64,000 nucleotides of DNA from Eledone cirrhosa (GCA_964016885.1 OZ024742.1:84878001-84942000), one strand, 5' to 3'. Shown: positions 45,011-60,695, counted from the stretch's first letter. Notes: generated by a model not told the origin, from the sequence alone. Made by a program: numbers and translations.

Positions 45011-47439
45011 AATGTAATAACGATCTGAAATATAGGCAACAGTTCAGCAACACGAGATGATATGAAAATCCTAATTATAGTATCAGACAGCCATCGCTAC
45101 ATAGATTTCTAATTGCATGATATTTTACGGAGCACATGCTAATCAGAAACAAGCATAATATCATAGATAGTGCTCCATTTCCATAAAGAGGAGCCTTACT
45201 CTCTTCATTTATTAAACATCTTAAATGAAAGATAATAATTCATTGTGTACTTAATTGCGTTTTTCTTATTCGATATTAATTCTTTAGTAAATCAATAGAA
45301 TCTTTAGCAACCTGAGTGTATCTAATGTTTAATTAATACTGTCATCAATATAGTTGCCTAGTTTTATTCAACGTGTCAGGTTTCGTTTTCTCTATTTGTC
45401 TATGATTAACCGCCTGCAAGAAATGCCATATAACTAAGATATAACTGCGTAAAAGAATAAGAAAACAGAAAGAAAATCGAAATATTCCAAATGATTTTGC
45501 CGTTAACAATTCTACTACACATACAACGCCACATGCTTCTCTATGAAGGGCGACCACATCACACGTTTCCCCTCTTCTCACCTATATTGTGATCATCTCC
45601 CCAGGTCTGCATTAAATACGACGCCCTATTCATTCACTCCGGTAGATCATGCTTCAGGGATTCTTTCCTATCATATGTCAAAAAGAGTTGACTTGCAACA
45701 ATGGAAACTGAATATTAATAGATTCCATCTTAACCGTGTCTGTTGCTGCAAAACTATGTCGGCTTAGACACCTTCACCAGAACCAACATAAAACAAGCAA
45801 AAAAGAATGAAATTCAATAATTGAAAATGAATTCAAAATCTTACTGGACATGTGTACCGCGTAGATCTGTGTGAGTTTGTGCATGTGCGAGAAGGTTTGA
45901 TATTACGAGTGTATCTCCTTCGATTTAACGAAGATTCATATTTATGGACACAGGTAGAAATATATTCTCCTTTTGAAACAAATAATGCATGACTAACCAA
46001 GTATAGAATCTATTCCAAATCATTGCTCATGTAAACAAATTAATTATAATTACAAATGCTATATAAACATATCAAATACATTGCCGTTGGTTGAATGATT
46101 GAAACGGCTATGTTGATTAGATACGAAATTGGTTAAATGTGTTTATTTTTTTTTTCAATTTAAAGGGAAAGTCATATTGTCTGGTTCGTTTGTATGCCTG
46201 CTTATTAGATATGTCAACAATCATATACGCGTTATATATTCATACATATATAAATTTATAAAACTCCGAAAAGATATTCTATCCAATGCAGCCTCATGAG
46301 TGTCCAGAAATATTGTAGCTGACAGACTTAACAATAACTTCAACAAAAATAATGTGTCTAACCAATTCGTGATTATAAATAGAGAAAAGGCTGTCTCAGA
46401 ATTAATCTACCGCAAAACTAAATAAACAATATATAAAAATATACGTATATACATACGACAATCATGTTTTAAAAGAATTTGCTCGGGCAAGTGAATTAGA
46501 TCAAATTAAAGAATTATGCTATTCGTAAAACAATTTAAGAATATTTTAAATTATGATTATTCAGACTTCCAGCATTTAGGACCTGTTTAGTTTACAGAAT
46601 AAATCTTCGATCATCATTTCAGAAAAAAAGATTATCATTTTATATGCTTATACACACATCGGAGGCGAATATTCATTTCGAATATGATTGGCCGTAATCG
46701 TGTTACAAATATATATCATTTAAATAGATAAACTCACTCTCCCTCGTTCCTCTTCTTTAATACGAATGCAATTTCATTCTTAGATAATAATAGGTGTATT
46801 TTTAAATTATGAGAAAGAGCCATGGAGTCTATGATCTTCTGCAAATTATGTGCTCATATACAAAATCTCATCTGTTTATGTAGAATACATAAATACTGAT
46901 AGACATATATATATATCTAATCATGTAATCATTTTGTTGAACATATCATCCCAGCACCACCACCAACGCAAGTGTGTAAGTATTTTTTTATATATATGTG
47001 CGTATACATATATGTATATGTATGTGTATATATATATATATATGTATATGTGTGTGTGTGTATATGTATGTATGTGTGTGTATGTGTATGTTTATGTATA
47101 CGTGTGTGTACGTGTATGTGTGCATATCCGTATGTGTGTATGTGTGTATGTATGTGTATGTCTATATGTACAACACCATCTCCATTGGCTCTCACCGTCC
47201 CTCTATCTTTGTGCTACGCCAACCTCACCGATACTCCCCCCTCTCTCTATATATATCCACACGCGCGCATGCACATGCATGTGTGTATATATGCATATAG
47301 ATATATGTATGTGTGGATGTATGTGGGCGCGTGTATGTGTGTGTATATAAGTGTGTACGTATGTATATATATCAGTTTATATGCGCATGTATATATATAT
47401 ATACAACGTATTTGTCAGACTAAGACTGTATAGATATGT

Positions 47440-47996
47440 ATCTCCCCAAGGACTCAACACCACCAACACATCCACCACACCACCACAAACACCACTACCA
47501 TAAACAACAAAACCACAACCACACCCCAGACACGCCAACCCGTCTACCCTACCGACAACCCACTACCCCCACACCAGAGCCCATCGCAGCCAGCGACCGT
47601 CACCCACATCTTATCATCACATCCACCCCCACATACACTACAGGCCAGTACATCCCTTTGATCCTTCCCACCAATCAAAACAACTCATATTGTCAAACTC
47701 TTGAACTTCTGTCTTTACCACATAGCATGTATTTCACTTTCTTATAGCATTTTAAAGGGTCCGTCGAGCTACCGATCATTGAGTCGGTTAGGATCGATAC
47801 AGATCGAACCTTGAGCTGATCAGTGACGAAACGCGCGTCACCTACCAATAAATGTAATGAAGGAGTAACCAATCGTCCTTGTTATCCTTTCAATATATTA
47901 CACTCTGTATAGCTCTACACCTCATCACAGAAATGAACCTTAACATCGAGTGATCTCCCGGGTGAACTTGCAGTAACTCCAAGTTACATCCCTTGG
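47440..47996 (+). mobile_element. PLE 3' remnant with hammerhead-like GAAA-CGCGCG-TC; related to 960-1060 (minus)
   Basis: GATCGAAC..TGATCA.TG..GAAACGCGCGT is shared by both loci; AATAAA follows; ends in (TA)n. Confidence 0.5.
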
Positions 47997-48182
47997 ATAT
48001 ATATATATATATATATATATAAATGTATGTATAGTATATTTGGCAATATGTTTAATTAAATATTATATTATATTAAATATTATATAATAGTATATTTGGC
48101 AGTATGTTTAATGAAAACATTTTGAAGACCATGCGCTATGAGTTTTAAAGTAGTGACTATGTCACTTACTTATTCTCAGCAA

Positions 48183-48261
<79 letters not shown>

Positions 48262-49948
48262 GTGGAGAGATAGGCATATACATATATGTGTGTGTGTGTG
48301 AGTGCGTGTGTATGTATATCTATATATCAATGTGTACTACATTTATGTATGTGTGTGCAGTGACTATTTATAACTTGATGTAATACTCTCACGTTTCTGT
48401 ATTGTTAAGAATAAATTTTAGGAATACAGATTAGTGTAAGATGACTAAAGAAATGCTTGCGGAAACATCTGAAGTAATTCTGAACCTTCTTAAAGAATGA
48501 TAAAAAATATAATATATTTGGTTGCTATAGAATAAAAAAAAAATACCCCAGGAAACATAAACCGTTAAATATATCTTCTTTCCTTGATATGAAATAATGC
48601 TCTGGACCCGTAAGTGTGTAATATAAAATTGACGAATGATGCAAATTGAATGAATGATTTCTCGATATATTATTTCTCTGAAGATAAGCTCTTAGCTTGC
48701 TGCAAGCAGTTTCCTTTCCTTCTTAACGAAAACATTAATTAACTTCTGATTGTATGAAATATTTATGCACTGTGAATACATGCATGGGCATTACAGCGCC
48801 TTCCTCATAGTTCGAGTATACAAATATGATGGCTAAGACTTCCCGGTTGCATCGATTGGTAAGTATAGTGGCTGTACTGCAGTGTATGGTAAAGTAGGTG
48901 AGGCTAAATAAATATTATTTCTTAGACGTTCGCTCAAATATATTTAGAAACTCATATGTTCTGGAGCCACAGGGAAATTAAGCAAGGAAAGTATCACTTT
49001 ATTCATAATATAGTGGCAAATGTATCATATGGTAGGATAACGTATATAAAGTGAGTTATGTCTTAAATGGAAATATTTATGAAGTAGACTTTAAATCTTT
49101 TTCTCTATACAATTCATAATATATTATAATATACTAAATTCCATGATATGTTCATTTTCTCACATATCATTTGATTTCTACCACCTCAGTTTTAGCATTT
49201 AGCATTAATGTTAGAAATAATTAAATGTTTCTAAATTCAAATTTGATACGATTCAACAGATAGCAAAACGACTCAAGAAGAGAATTTAATATTGGGAAAT
49301 AGCAAAACAAGTCCAGATGCGATTTGAAATTTGCACTGAAAGATTTGTAGATATAATTGGCAATACATTTATTCAGAAAACCTAAATGTTCTCCCACTCG
49401 GCTCTCGTAGATTGACAATATTACACAAACAGTAATAACTTACAGTTAGAAAATCAGTATTTTCCTATTAATGGTTCTTATACGCAAGCTATATAAACAA
49501 ATGAAATTAGAACGTTGCCCCCGGAGAGAACACACATTTGGAACGAGATACAAATAAATGGATCGATGCATTAGTCATTTGTAATATCTTAAATCACATG
49601 TCAGACGCTAATTCACACACTCATTGAATCGTTCTATGTACGCATTCCTCCCACATACATATTTCTATGAGAGAGTTTAAGAAAACAAGGAAGGAAATAA
49701 GACTACAGAGTGGCCCTGTGTATTACTATTATAAATATTTATAGCTATACAGCCATGATATTTGTTGGATAATATCTACAGTGAACTATACTAATATTAA
49801 TTTTTCTACTGAACAGCATGTATCGATCTTTCGTAAATCCTATTGTCTTGTTAATGTTTCAATTCTTAGTTTAGAATCATTTGCATATCAACAATTGTTG
49901 CACATTTGGCTCTTAATATGCATGCCAAATGTCTGAATATATGCTTCG

Positions 49949-50027
<79 letters not shown>

Positions 50028-51020
50028 GTATATATATATATGTGTGTGTGTGTGTGCGTGTGTGTATAAATATATATATATGTATATGCACACTTTGACA
50101 CACACATACACTTATATATATATATATATTGTATATATAAATGTGTGTTTGTGTCTGTGTGCGTGTGATTTTACAGACATACGTTTACGTGTAGATGAGA
50201 AATCACTCTATGTGATAGGTTATATATGTCTCTTGTAATTTTAGTTATATGTGGTATGAATATTCAGAATGTTATGGTTGCGTGTCGTAGTTCATTCTCT
50301 TCTCCTATAAAACATGTTCCTCCATATCGCATTATCCCTATTACCTCGCTGTTATTCAGATCAGATTATAAATAATACTAATGCTGCTTCTAAAGCGCTA
50401 TTGCGACTGCTAAGAAGGGTTGTGTGCTAGCGGAATCAGCAGAATGACGGAGAAAAGGTTGTGTTGTGTTTGGGTATGGTGTTTATGGATTGAGCTCAAA
50501 TGCCACTGAAATCAACTTTGCATTTCATCATTCCGGTCTCGACAAAATAATGTACCAACACTTACCGTTGTCGATTAATCAACTTTTCAACCCAATTCTG
50601 CTGTGCTTGTGCTTAAATTATAGATCAATATTACTATCGCTTGTATTGTAATGCTTTTGTAGGTGGTGTTACATATAGCAGTAACACTGCTGGTCATGGA
50701 AATATAAAACTTGGTTCAGTGGAATGGGTAATATCGATGTTCTTCGCAAGTAAACCTCCTTCTAAAATTTCATATTTTCCGGAGTGTCTCACAATCCAAT
50801 AGATATTCTGTCAACGATCCACACACGCGGACACACCCGCACGCACTCACAAACAAAAACACAGGTACATGTATAGAGTGTACTCAAATAACGAGTTTCG
50901 ATGTGTTAATGTAGTTTAAAGTCACATTACGAGATCCAATAACTAGAGGCATCACGTCAGTTAATGGAGTTATATATTGTGGGGTACGTGAATATATAAA
51001 TCGAAACAATATAAAATGCA

Positions 51021-51082
<62 letters not shown>

Positions 51083-51126
51083 CATATGCCTACATATATG
51101 TATATACAGAGATATAGAGATAGATC

Positions 51127-51214
<88 letters not shown>

Positions 51215-53601
51215 CACAATATAATTTAGGGTAAACACAGTTACAAATGTACTCAATAAATCGTTAGTGTATAGGTATCTCTGAAACATAAATAAGGGAG
51301 CGGTTGAAAAGGCACATATACCATAAATGTTAAGCAATTGTTGATTAGATTCAAGAGTGCAAAGATAGGCTTGTGTCATTGTCTAGTTTCATGTCAAGTT
51401 TGTTTTATGTCCCTTGACATTTCACATGTCAATGTCGTATTATCTATTTGAAGTAGTAATTTTGTGCTTTAACATATTTAATGTATCTGCTCATGTGAGT
51501 TTGTGTATGTGTGTCCTTATAAATTCACGTGTGTTGTGTTTCTGTTTGTATTTTTATGATAATTAGTTCTATGCGTTGAACAGAAATGTAATTGATTTCA
51601 TTAATGCGAATGTCTTTATACACATATATATTGGTTTGCTATTCTGTGTAGCTGTTGCATCAATTATGTTTAAATATCCATTTCCTTATTATATGTTTGA
51701 TTAGTTGTATTTGGTAGCGTAAAATTACATTACTGTATTTATCTATAAAATGTATTTATTTTAAATCCAAGCTAGTGTAATGAGGGAAATATTATGATCA
51801 TTTGAGCATTGTTGACAAATGCACTACATAATTGACGATTTTCCATTGCTCCTGGTTACTGTGCCTTACCGAAATTTGTATCGTCTTAGAGTTGATCAAC
51901 CTCCATTACGTCTCTGGTGAGTTGGTTCCAACAATAGTAACTTGTATACAAATTCCTGGTTGCTTATCCATCAATGTAATACGTTTATGTTTAGTACAAC
52001 TTTAAGTATTCAGGTGAATCCATCATCTCGTTTCCTCTCAAGAACTTGTGCCAGGCTACAACCAGCTGACTGATACATAAAACTACATTATGAGCATAGA
52101 ATTCCAGATTTGGCAGATACATTCATATCTCCGCAAATCACCTGACACAGAGAAGTCGTTTATAGCTAGTTTGATGCATCTGGCATTTCCTGCAAACATA
52201 GTTTAATTGCTATGTTTTGTGGTTGGTGGAAAAATAAATGTATTAGATTTGTAAATTTAGTAAATTTTTCATAGGGATGGATTCGGCATATTTACAGAAG
52301 GAGTGGCCCTCTATGATATTCCGGTCCCATTTGTATTGTTACCTATTCGAATTATGGCTCGATAATAACGTTAGTGGGACAAGCCCTGTTCCAAACAGTA
52401 CTGCGGTTGCTTTTCCAGTTTTGTTGGTACGAGCTGTGGGGGTTCAGGGTGTGCTGTCAGAAAAAAAATCAGCCTTCTGTGGATGTTACCAGGAAAACAT
52501 TTGGTTCATATGTCACAAGGAATGACATAAATACAAATGTCACTTGCAGAACAGGGAATTCAATGCTTCATGGCGAGATGGTATACCTTCTTTGAGGTGA
52601 CAGCGGTGTATTCTGCTATTTATGCCATGCCACCCACACAAGCTCATGAAAATGATAACTTCATTAATTCTAGACACAAACGGATTATAATTCCTGCAAG
52701 GAAGCACGGAAAAAATTTGTTGCTGGCGGGATATCATATTCTAGCAGTGAAAGGCAAAGCTAGTTCCATGGAAACATAAAAATAAAACAGATTTGCATTG
52801 TTTCTCAGTTCTTCACTTCAAACTGATTCTACTTCAATGATTGTGTACCACTTGATTGTCGGTAAAAAAAACACATGGTTTGAAGCTAGACATTTCTTGC
52901 GGTTTATTCAGCATGCCCATCCATCAACAGTCCATCGACAATATGAGATTAACCACTGGAATGTAAAAGAACTTACCCAGATGAAAAGGTGGAAAAAACC
53001 AATGCGAGAACATTGGCCCACCGATTTCTCAGTCCGAAAACCATCAAAATATATGTTCTCTCATTTGCATCAAGAAGACAAGGATAATTATGAAATATTC
53101 TTTTCTCTGACCATGTCACAATTTCAGTGAAGGAGAAGAAGGTAAGGTCAGACAAACTCCAGGCAGTTGAGATAAATTTAATGGTACATCTAAAAAAAAC
53201 TCAATTCTTGATGAGAGAGATTTCAATAAAATATATTTCAAAGGCCTATCACTTCAATCTCTGTTTTACTGGCGTTGATATTTTTATGACCGATTCATTT
53301 TGGTTGATTTTTCAAATATTTTGTGAATTTTTGTTAACTAATTTTTTGTTCAAAAGAACTGCAAAATTACTGACATTAAATTATCATAAATTTCTATAAA
53401 CACAATGATTTTAGCTGTGGTTATTTTGCTTTTTCTCCCCAAAGATCTTATCCAACAGAAATATTTCAATAACCAATGATAGGAAAAACTTAGAAAAATA
53501 ATATTTTCTCACTCTGGCCGCACTGTATACTGACTCAGCAAATGTTCTGAAGAATGATATTTTGATTTTTCAGGGTAGATATGACAATTCAATTATGAAA
53601 T

Positions 53602-53703
<102 letters not shown>

Positions 53704-53731
53704 TTATTATTATTATTATTACAGTTGCATT

Positions 53732-54083
53732 TATCTTGCTTTATGTTCATACGAGTTATCACCAAGTCACAACCAGTGACCTCAAGAGACAACAAGGTCC
53801 GCCATGTTCAAGAAAGAACATAATACTCACACATGCATCTTTAGTGTTTAGACTTGTGATGTAATTATATTGACAGAATCTTCCTTAGTATATGAGCAGT
53901 TCCCATTAGTACTATCTTTTGTATTTCTCCTATACGCGGGTTTCCTGGGATTTGCGAATAAGTAATCATTATTATTATTATTATTACAATTATTATTATT
54001 ACAATTTCAGTGAAGGAGAAGAAGGTAAGGTCAGACAAACTCCAGGCAGTTGATTACTTATCGCAAATCCCAGGAATGATTAC

Positions 54084-54126
<43 letters not shown>

Positions 54127-55960
54127 CTTGCTTTATGTTCATACGAGTTATCACCAAGTCACAACCAGTGACTTCAAGAGACAACAAGGTCCGCCATGTT
54201 CAAGAAAGAACATACATACTCACACATGCATCTTTAGTGTTTAGACTTGTGATGTACTTATATTGACAGAATCTTCCTTAGTATATGGGCAGTTCCCATT
54301 AGTACTATCTTTTGTATTTCTCCTATTCGCGGGTTTCCTGGGATTTGCGATAAGTAATCATTAGACCCCTTTGTATCATTCCCAGAGCGCCTACAACCAC
54401 TGGTATTGTTTTAGTTCTCAATTTCCTCATTTTTCCAATTTCTATCTCCAGGTCCTTATACTTGCTCAATTTTTCAAATGTTTTTATAGATACATTCTTG
54501 TCTATTGGAACAGACATATCAATTGGCAGGCATACCCTCTTTTTAAAGTCCTTCAATATTATATCAGGTCTATTTGCATCTATTTTTCGGTCTGTTTGGA
54601 TGGTAAAGTTCCACAAGATTGAGATGTGATCTTTTACAAGTATGGGGTGGTTGATGCTCCCACCAATTCTTTTGATGGGGCAGGTCAAAATGCTTACACA
54701 TTATCCAATGTATGTATTGGGCAGCTCTGTCATGCCTGTTTAGGTATTCGGTTGGGGCTATAGGACTGCACATTGAAATTATCTGATCAATGGTCTCTGG
54801 TTGTTTTTTGCATACACGGCATAATGGGCTGCATCCATTCTTTATTATGTTGGCTTGGTAATTTTTTGTTGGCAGACACTGACCTTGTGCTGATATAATC
54901 AGTCCTTCAATCTCCGATTTCAGTCCAGAGGATGCCAACCACTGATGGGTTAAAGTGTTGTCAACATCAGGATTGTTAGCTCGCTCTGGGTATTTTCCAT
55001 ACAGAGGCTTTTCTTGCCATTTCTTAGCCAGTTTCTGTAGCAGTTCTTTCTTTGCAGTTACTTTTACCTGCTTTGCTTTTTCTGTGTTTTCCATTTCAGC
55101 AGTAAATGGGACTTCTGAAATGTGTGGTCCATTACTGTATCTTTGTGCATCTTTTGTAATGGAATATGATCTTTTGATGCTTTCGTGTTTCAAAACGAGT
55201 TTGATCATCCAATCATGTGATTCCCTTAGATATGTAGATAATCCAATTGTTGCAATTTTCAATGCAATGTCTAACTGGATTAACCCACGTCCTCCTTCTT
55301 TCCTAGGGAGATATATTCTATCTATATCTGCTTTAGGGTGATGCATTCTGTGCATGGTTAAGAATTTTCGAATTTTTGTATCGAGCCTACGGATCTCTGT
55401 GCTTGACCTGTTGATGACATTGTAACTGTAGGTTACTACTGGTATGGCAAGCGTGTTTATGGCATCGATCCTATTCCTTGCATTCAATTCCGTTCTTAAG
55501 ATTGCTCTTACTCGGCGGTAACATTCCTTCCTTATCCTTTCCCTGATTGTCGAGTGCTTGATTCCGTCTCCTTCACAAACCCCTAGATATTTGTAAGTTT
55601 TTTCTTGATCAAGTTCTCTTATCACGTTCCCCCGATCAAGATTAATATCTGAACTCTTCAGCAGCTTTCCTCTGGTGAACGTTGCTTCGGCGCATTTATC
55701 TAGTCCAAACTCCATTTTAATGTCATCACTGAACTGCTTCACAGTGGATAATAGGCCTTGCAATTGTTCATCATTTTTTGCAAATAGTTTCAGGTCATCC
55801 ATGTAGAAAAAGTGATTAATGGTTTTGTCATAGACTTTATATCCATGTTTTGTTTCATTGAGCATTTTACTTTATGGTATAAGCGCGATGCAGAATAAAA
55901 GCGGTGATAAAGAGTCACCCTGAAAAATTCCACAATTAATATTAACTTCTCCAGCTTCCA
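53732..55960 (-). mobile_element. R4/Dong-like RLE non-LTR element, family A, 5'-truncated with duplicated 3' end
   Basis: GIFQGDSLSPLLF, HFFYMDDLKLF, YKYLG, RxEGGRGL, CRVC..ET..I...C, RHD, NRPDI, EKLSKY, GALG. (TAA)n tail; 53732-53970 repeats 54125-54362. Confidence 0.88.
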
Positions 55961-55977
55961 TTATTATTATTATTATT

Positions 55978-58900
55978 CCTTGAATCTCAGTCATTGATAT
56001 TGGTTAACTGGAAAGTCCGTTGGAATGAATATCAAGCAACTACCTGCAGCCTCAGATATTCAGGACGTATCGGAGGGTTCTTGCTGTTCTCAGTAAGCAT
56101 GCCTTTTGAAGCGTTCCAAAAAGCGTGAAGGGGCCGATTTTCTTTAACCATCCCTGGAAACTTTTGGAGATAGTCCCCAGTGCGCCTAGGACAATCGGGA
56201 TCACCTTGACTTCATGACATTTCCAAATCCTTTTTACCTCCCACTTTAAGTCCTGGTATCGGTTAATTTTCTCCCTCTCCTTCTCTTGCACTCTCGTGTC
56301 CAATGGGCAGGCCACATCCACAATCAGACACGATCTTTTTTCTTGGTCCACAACCACCAGGTCAGGTCTATTGTGTTCCAGTTTCTTGTCCGTCTGTATC
56401 CTAAAATCCCACAGCACCTTCACCTGATAGTTCTCCATCACCGCCTCTGGCCTATGCTCATACCGTTTCTCAGAATGTGGTGAATTGTTTATTTTGCACA
56501 TGTGCCAGTGGATCACCCTGCCCATCATATCATGTCTCCAGCCCTTATAGTGGGTCTGGGCTACGTGTTTACACTCAGATACAATGTGAGCCACAGTCTC
56601 CTCTCTCTCTCCACAGATCCTGCACAGTGGGCTAGCCTCCTCCTTGTAAATATGGTGTTTCAACCACTTCGTTTGGAGGGCCTGCTCCTGCGCAGCCATT
56701 AACATTCCTTCTGTAGCCTTTTTGAGGTCTCCTCTGCTCAACCAGTTCCATGTCTGTGGATCTCTAAATTTAGTTTTCTAAAAGAAGGTACTATGAAGGG
56801 ATTTTCCCTGAAGGCTGCTCTTTCTCCTTGATGTTATTTCCTCCTTGGACATCCCCTGGCCTATCGTCCCCTCCTTCAGTACAGTTCTGAGCATTGGCTC
56901 CTTACTATCAGTCACGTATTTGTATAGGTTGTTTTTCTCCATCTGAACACAGTCCTCTATGCTGATGAGACCTCTTCCACCCTCAGATCTCCTTAGGTAG
57001 AGTCTATCGACATCACTCCTCTTGTGGAACATGTTGTAGATAGTCAATAGCTTCCTAGTCTTCCTATCCATTTGTTTTTGTTCAGCAACATTCCATCTCA
57101 GAATTCCCGCACTGTACCTAATAATGGACACAGCTCGGGAATTGACTGCGCTTATAGCATTTCTGCTGTTCAGATGTGACTTCAATACGCTCCTTACTCT
57201 CCGAATGTATTCAGTTCTTAACAATTCCTTCATTTTTTTGTGCCTTATGCCATCAGCCTCCAGAACGCCCAAATACTTGTATCCTTCCTCAGAGTCAATT
57301 TCCTTTATCATCTCACCTGTTGGTATCTGGATTCCGTTACTTCTGCTCAACCTACCCCTCCTCATCACAATGACTCCTCACTTACTAATACCAAACTGCA
57401 TACATATATCACTGCTGAAAATACGGACAGTGTGAACAAGCACACCCAACTCCTTCTCACTCTTCCCGAAGAGCTTAAGATCGTCCATGAAGAGGAGGTG
57501 ATTGATGGTAAGCTCTCTCTTTCCCAACTTGTATCCTGCTCTCACTTTTCGCAGCATAATGGTCAAGGGCATCAGGGCAAGGACAAACAAAAGAGGGGAC
57601 AGGCTATCTCCCTGGAAGATACCTCTCTTGATCTTCACGCTTCCCAAGGATTCTCCAGTTGATGTCAACTCTGTCTCCCAGGATCCCATACTTCTGCCCA
57701 GCAACTGTCTGATGTTATCTGCCACCTTGAAGATCTCCAGGCTTTTGGTGATCCAAGAATGAGGCACCATGTCAAATGCCTTTCTGTAGTCTATCCATCC
57801 CATGGCAAGACCAGTGTGTCTCCTCCTGCAATTCCCCATTACCATCTTATCAATAAGTAACTGGTTCTTTGTACCACGTGACTTCTTCCGGCATCCTTTC
57901 TGTTCGTCCGGTAACAAGTTGTTTGTGTGGAGGTGATGGTAGATTTCCTCAGACACAATGCTCGTCAACAGTTTCCACATTACGGACAGACATGTGATAG
58001 GTCTATAGTTGGTAACATCATTACCCTTGATTCGGTCTTTCATTATCAGAACTGTGGTACCTTTTGTCAACCACTCTGGCACCTCACCCGACACCAAGCA
58101 GTCATTGAACATGGCCGTCAGTTTCGGATGGAGGGATGTTAAATTTTTAATCCAATACCCCTGCACACCATCTGGGCCTGGTGATTTCCAGTTGGTTAGT
58201 TTTTTGGCCTGCCCCTTAAGAGTTTCAACTGTGATACTCAAATCAGTTTGTTGTTGTGCCTGCTCACCGATCTCCCTCTGTACTCTCTCAATCCACCCTG
58301 CCTGGTCATTATGTCTAATATCCTGCTCCCATATTCCTCTCCAGAATGTTTTAGTTTGTTCCGCCTCAGGGATCAAGACGTTGCCTCTTTCTTTCCCCTC
58401 AAGCTGTCCAAACAGCATCTTCTGGTTGTTGTCGAATATGCGGTTCTGTTTATACTGACTGACTCTGTTCTCGTATCGCCTGATTTTTGCACTCTTTGCT
58501 ACAATGCGTTGCTTCAGTTCCTCTATGATAATATTTAGCTTTTTCCTCCTAGTTTTGTACTTTATTTCCAGTCTGTTTTTAGTTCCTATGTTTTTTAGTG
58601 TCCCATTCAGTAGTGACTCAAGCTTTCCTATGTCATTTCTCATTTCCTTGATTTGACCAATCAGTCGTTTCTTCCACCAAGGCTCTGCTCTTTCTTGTCT
58701 GTTGTTTCCTCTCGCTTTTATACCAAGTAGTTTCCTCACCGTATTTGCTGTTGCTTTGAGGATATTGTTGCACTGGTGAAGGCTCCTCGCCTCAAGGTAT
58801 GGGATGACTTTCTTTACCTTAGCTGTTGTTTCTTTTAACTTTTTCCTGTCTACAAATCTTAGGTTCATAGGTCTCCCACTATCATTGTTCAATTCATCTA

Positions 58901-59600
58901 CCACTAAATTTAGGATATCAACCGAATCTTGTCCTAGCCCGTCAGCATTCATCTCCTCAGTGGCCGTATCTCTGTTCCAGGTATTATTTATCTCAGTATT
59001 CAGATCATTGTCTGATTCGGGTGGTTCCTCTGTTCTCTCAACCTCTTCACCTTCATTTCCCACTGGCTCGTTTGTCTGGCAGACTACACCCTCCATCTCC
59101 AGTTCCAGCTCGCTTATCCACCCATTAGTTCTTATTACCCGAGCCTGCCCGGCCAATTTTTGTTCATCTAATTTAAATAGACCAATCTCGTTCCAGATGT
59201 TATGCATCCGTCTCCTATAGCCCCTCTCCTTGGGGTTACTTTTCAGGTAACATTGCATAACAGTTCTATTCACTTCTTTCGTCCAGTTGGTTCTGGACCC
59301 TTTCCTTCTTCTTCTTTCTCCAACACCAGGAGTATTTGGTTGACAGTCAGGTTCCTGCTGCTGAGCCAGGGAGCACCTGTTGGGTGAGAGTCTGTCACAT
59401 GACGTTCTAGTCTCCATTTCACCGTTATTCGAACTGTTTAGGTTCGATATTTAAACACTCTTATCGAGGATTGGCGAATGTATGGTTACATAGCCATCTG
59501 TGAATTCACCGTCTCCGGTGGTTGCGCCGCTCCACTTGGCTCCTGTGTGGCATTATCACCACGCTGTAGACGAACACAAATAAACAAACAAACACACAGG
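55978..59600 (-). mobile_element. R4/Dong-like element, family B copy 1 (near full length; 5' end uncertain)
   Basis: ORF pieces 57378-59417, 56778-57368 and 56052-56741; 3' end in (TAA)n. Confidence 0.9.
56052..59417 (-). pseudogene. Single-ORF RT, CCHC zinc knuckle and restriction-like endonuclease (one frameshift, one stop)
   Basis: NWTKEVN..VMQCY...GYRRRM N-terminus, WKSPGPDG, NYRPITCL, IDYRKAFD, FMDD, CRICGEREETVAHIVSEC, HNRPDL. Confidence 0.9.
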
Positions 59601-60657
59601 CAGAAAAACCCCCCAAAATGAATAAGCATAAGTTTCATTGTAATGTAGTGTTCGAATGTCTGACTTAGTTTTTCCCATCTCTTCTCTGTCCGTCCGCTTG
59701 TTTCTCTCTTCATTCTTATTTTCTTTACGTTTTTTTTTTTTTTTAAATTTTTTTCTCTGTTTGTTTTTCTCGTTTTTTGCTGTTGTTTTTGTGCTGCTTT
59801 GGATTTGATGTTTGTTTTTTCTTTTCTCTTTTGAGTCTATCTATATATTTTGATGCCTTCCTCTTTTTTAGTAGGAATTCTATAATGTGGTGGCAGCAAC
59901 TAGCAGTGAGCAATGGGAGAGAATAGCGGCGGTAGCGATACTGAGACAGTGGTGGTGGTGATGTCGATACCGAGGCAGTGGTGGTGGTGATGTGATCGTA
60001 TTACTGTAGTGATGGTGTTGTAGCGGTGGTAGCAATGAAGGAGTGGTGGCGGCGGTGATGGGATAGTGGTAGTAATGATGGCAGTAGTGATGGTGTTGTA
60101 GCGGTGGTAGCAATGAAGGACTGATGTCCGTTCGGTGAATCTATGGGGTTAGTCGCGTATATGTGTTGACCTAAATTCCCTTAATGTTGGGATTAAACAT
60201 TTTGTTAAGACTTGGGACAATAATAATAGTATTTATTATTATCCTTATTATGTTGAGATTCGTTGTGGTGGTGGTGAAATTGCCGTTATCTGGCTGTTGT
60301 GTTTAGTGTACACAGAGAGGTGATGGGGTAGGTGGTATATCTAGTTTCTGGTGTTGGTGAGATTGGTGTTGTTTGGCTGTTCTATATAGTGTAGACAGAG
60401 GAGGGGGGGTTCTTCTTCCATTTATAGCCATTTTCCTTTTTGAATATACAATGTACAATACAAAGTTGAATATTTGAATATTTGGGCCTTATAACAATAT
60501 ATTTTGGGTCCGAATTTTTTTGGGGCTCAAGCCGGATGCTTTACGTAGCATTTGTACTAAGAGTTGTTATTTCACAAATGATTTAAATATGTTAAAAATT
60601 CAAAACTTACGGGAGCGATTTCATGACCTTCTACCACCTCGTGCGTCTTCTTCCCTA

Positions 60658-60694
<37 letters not shown>

Positions 60695-60695
60695 T

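Noticed and set aside
45000-52200. Unique AT-rich sequence that could hide host exons
   Set aside because: No convincing ORF, protein motif or splice-bounded exon could be identified by eye.
52277-53526. Possible decayed Tc1-like transposase ending CACTG|TA
   Set aside because: Only vague motif remnants and no matching left TIR were found.
56760-56790. Both Dong B copies break at HSTFF(E)KTxF, suggesting programmed recoding
   Set aside because: The lesions differ (GAG to TAG in copy 1, a 1-nt insertion in copy 2), consistent with independent decay.
59420-60657. HDV-like ribozyme in the Dong 5' UTR; 37-bp direct repeat at ~60006/60084
   Set aside because: No nested pseudoknot could be built on the element strand. 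The region may be an unrelated remnant and the repeat is low complexity.
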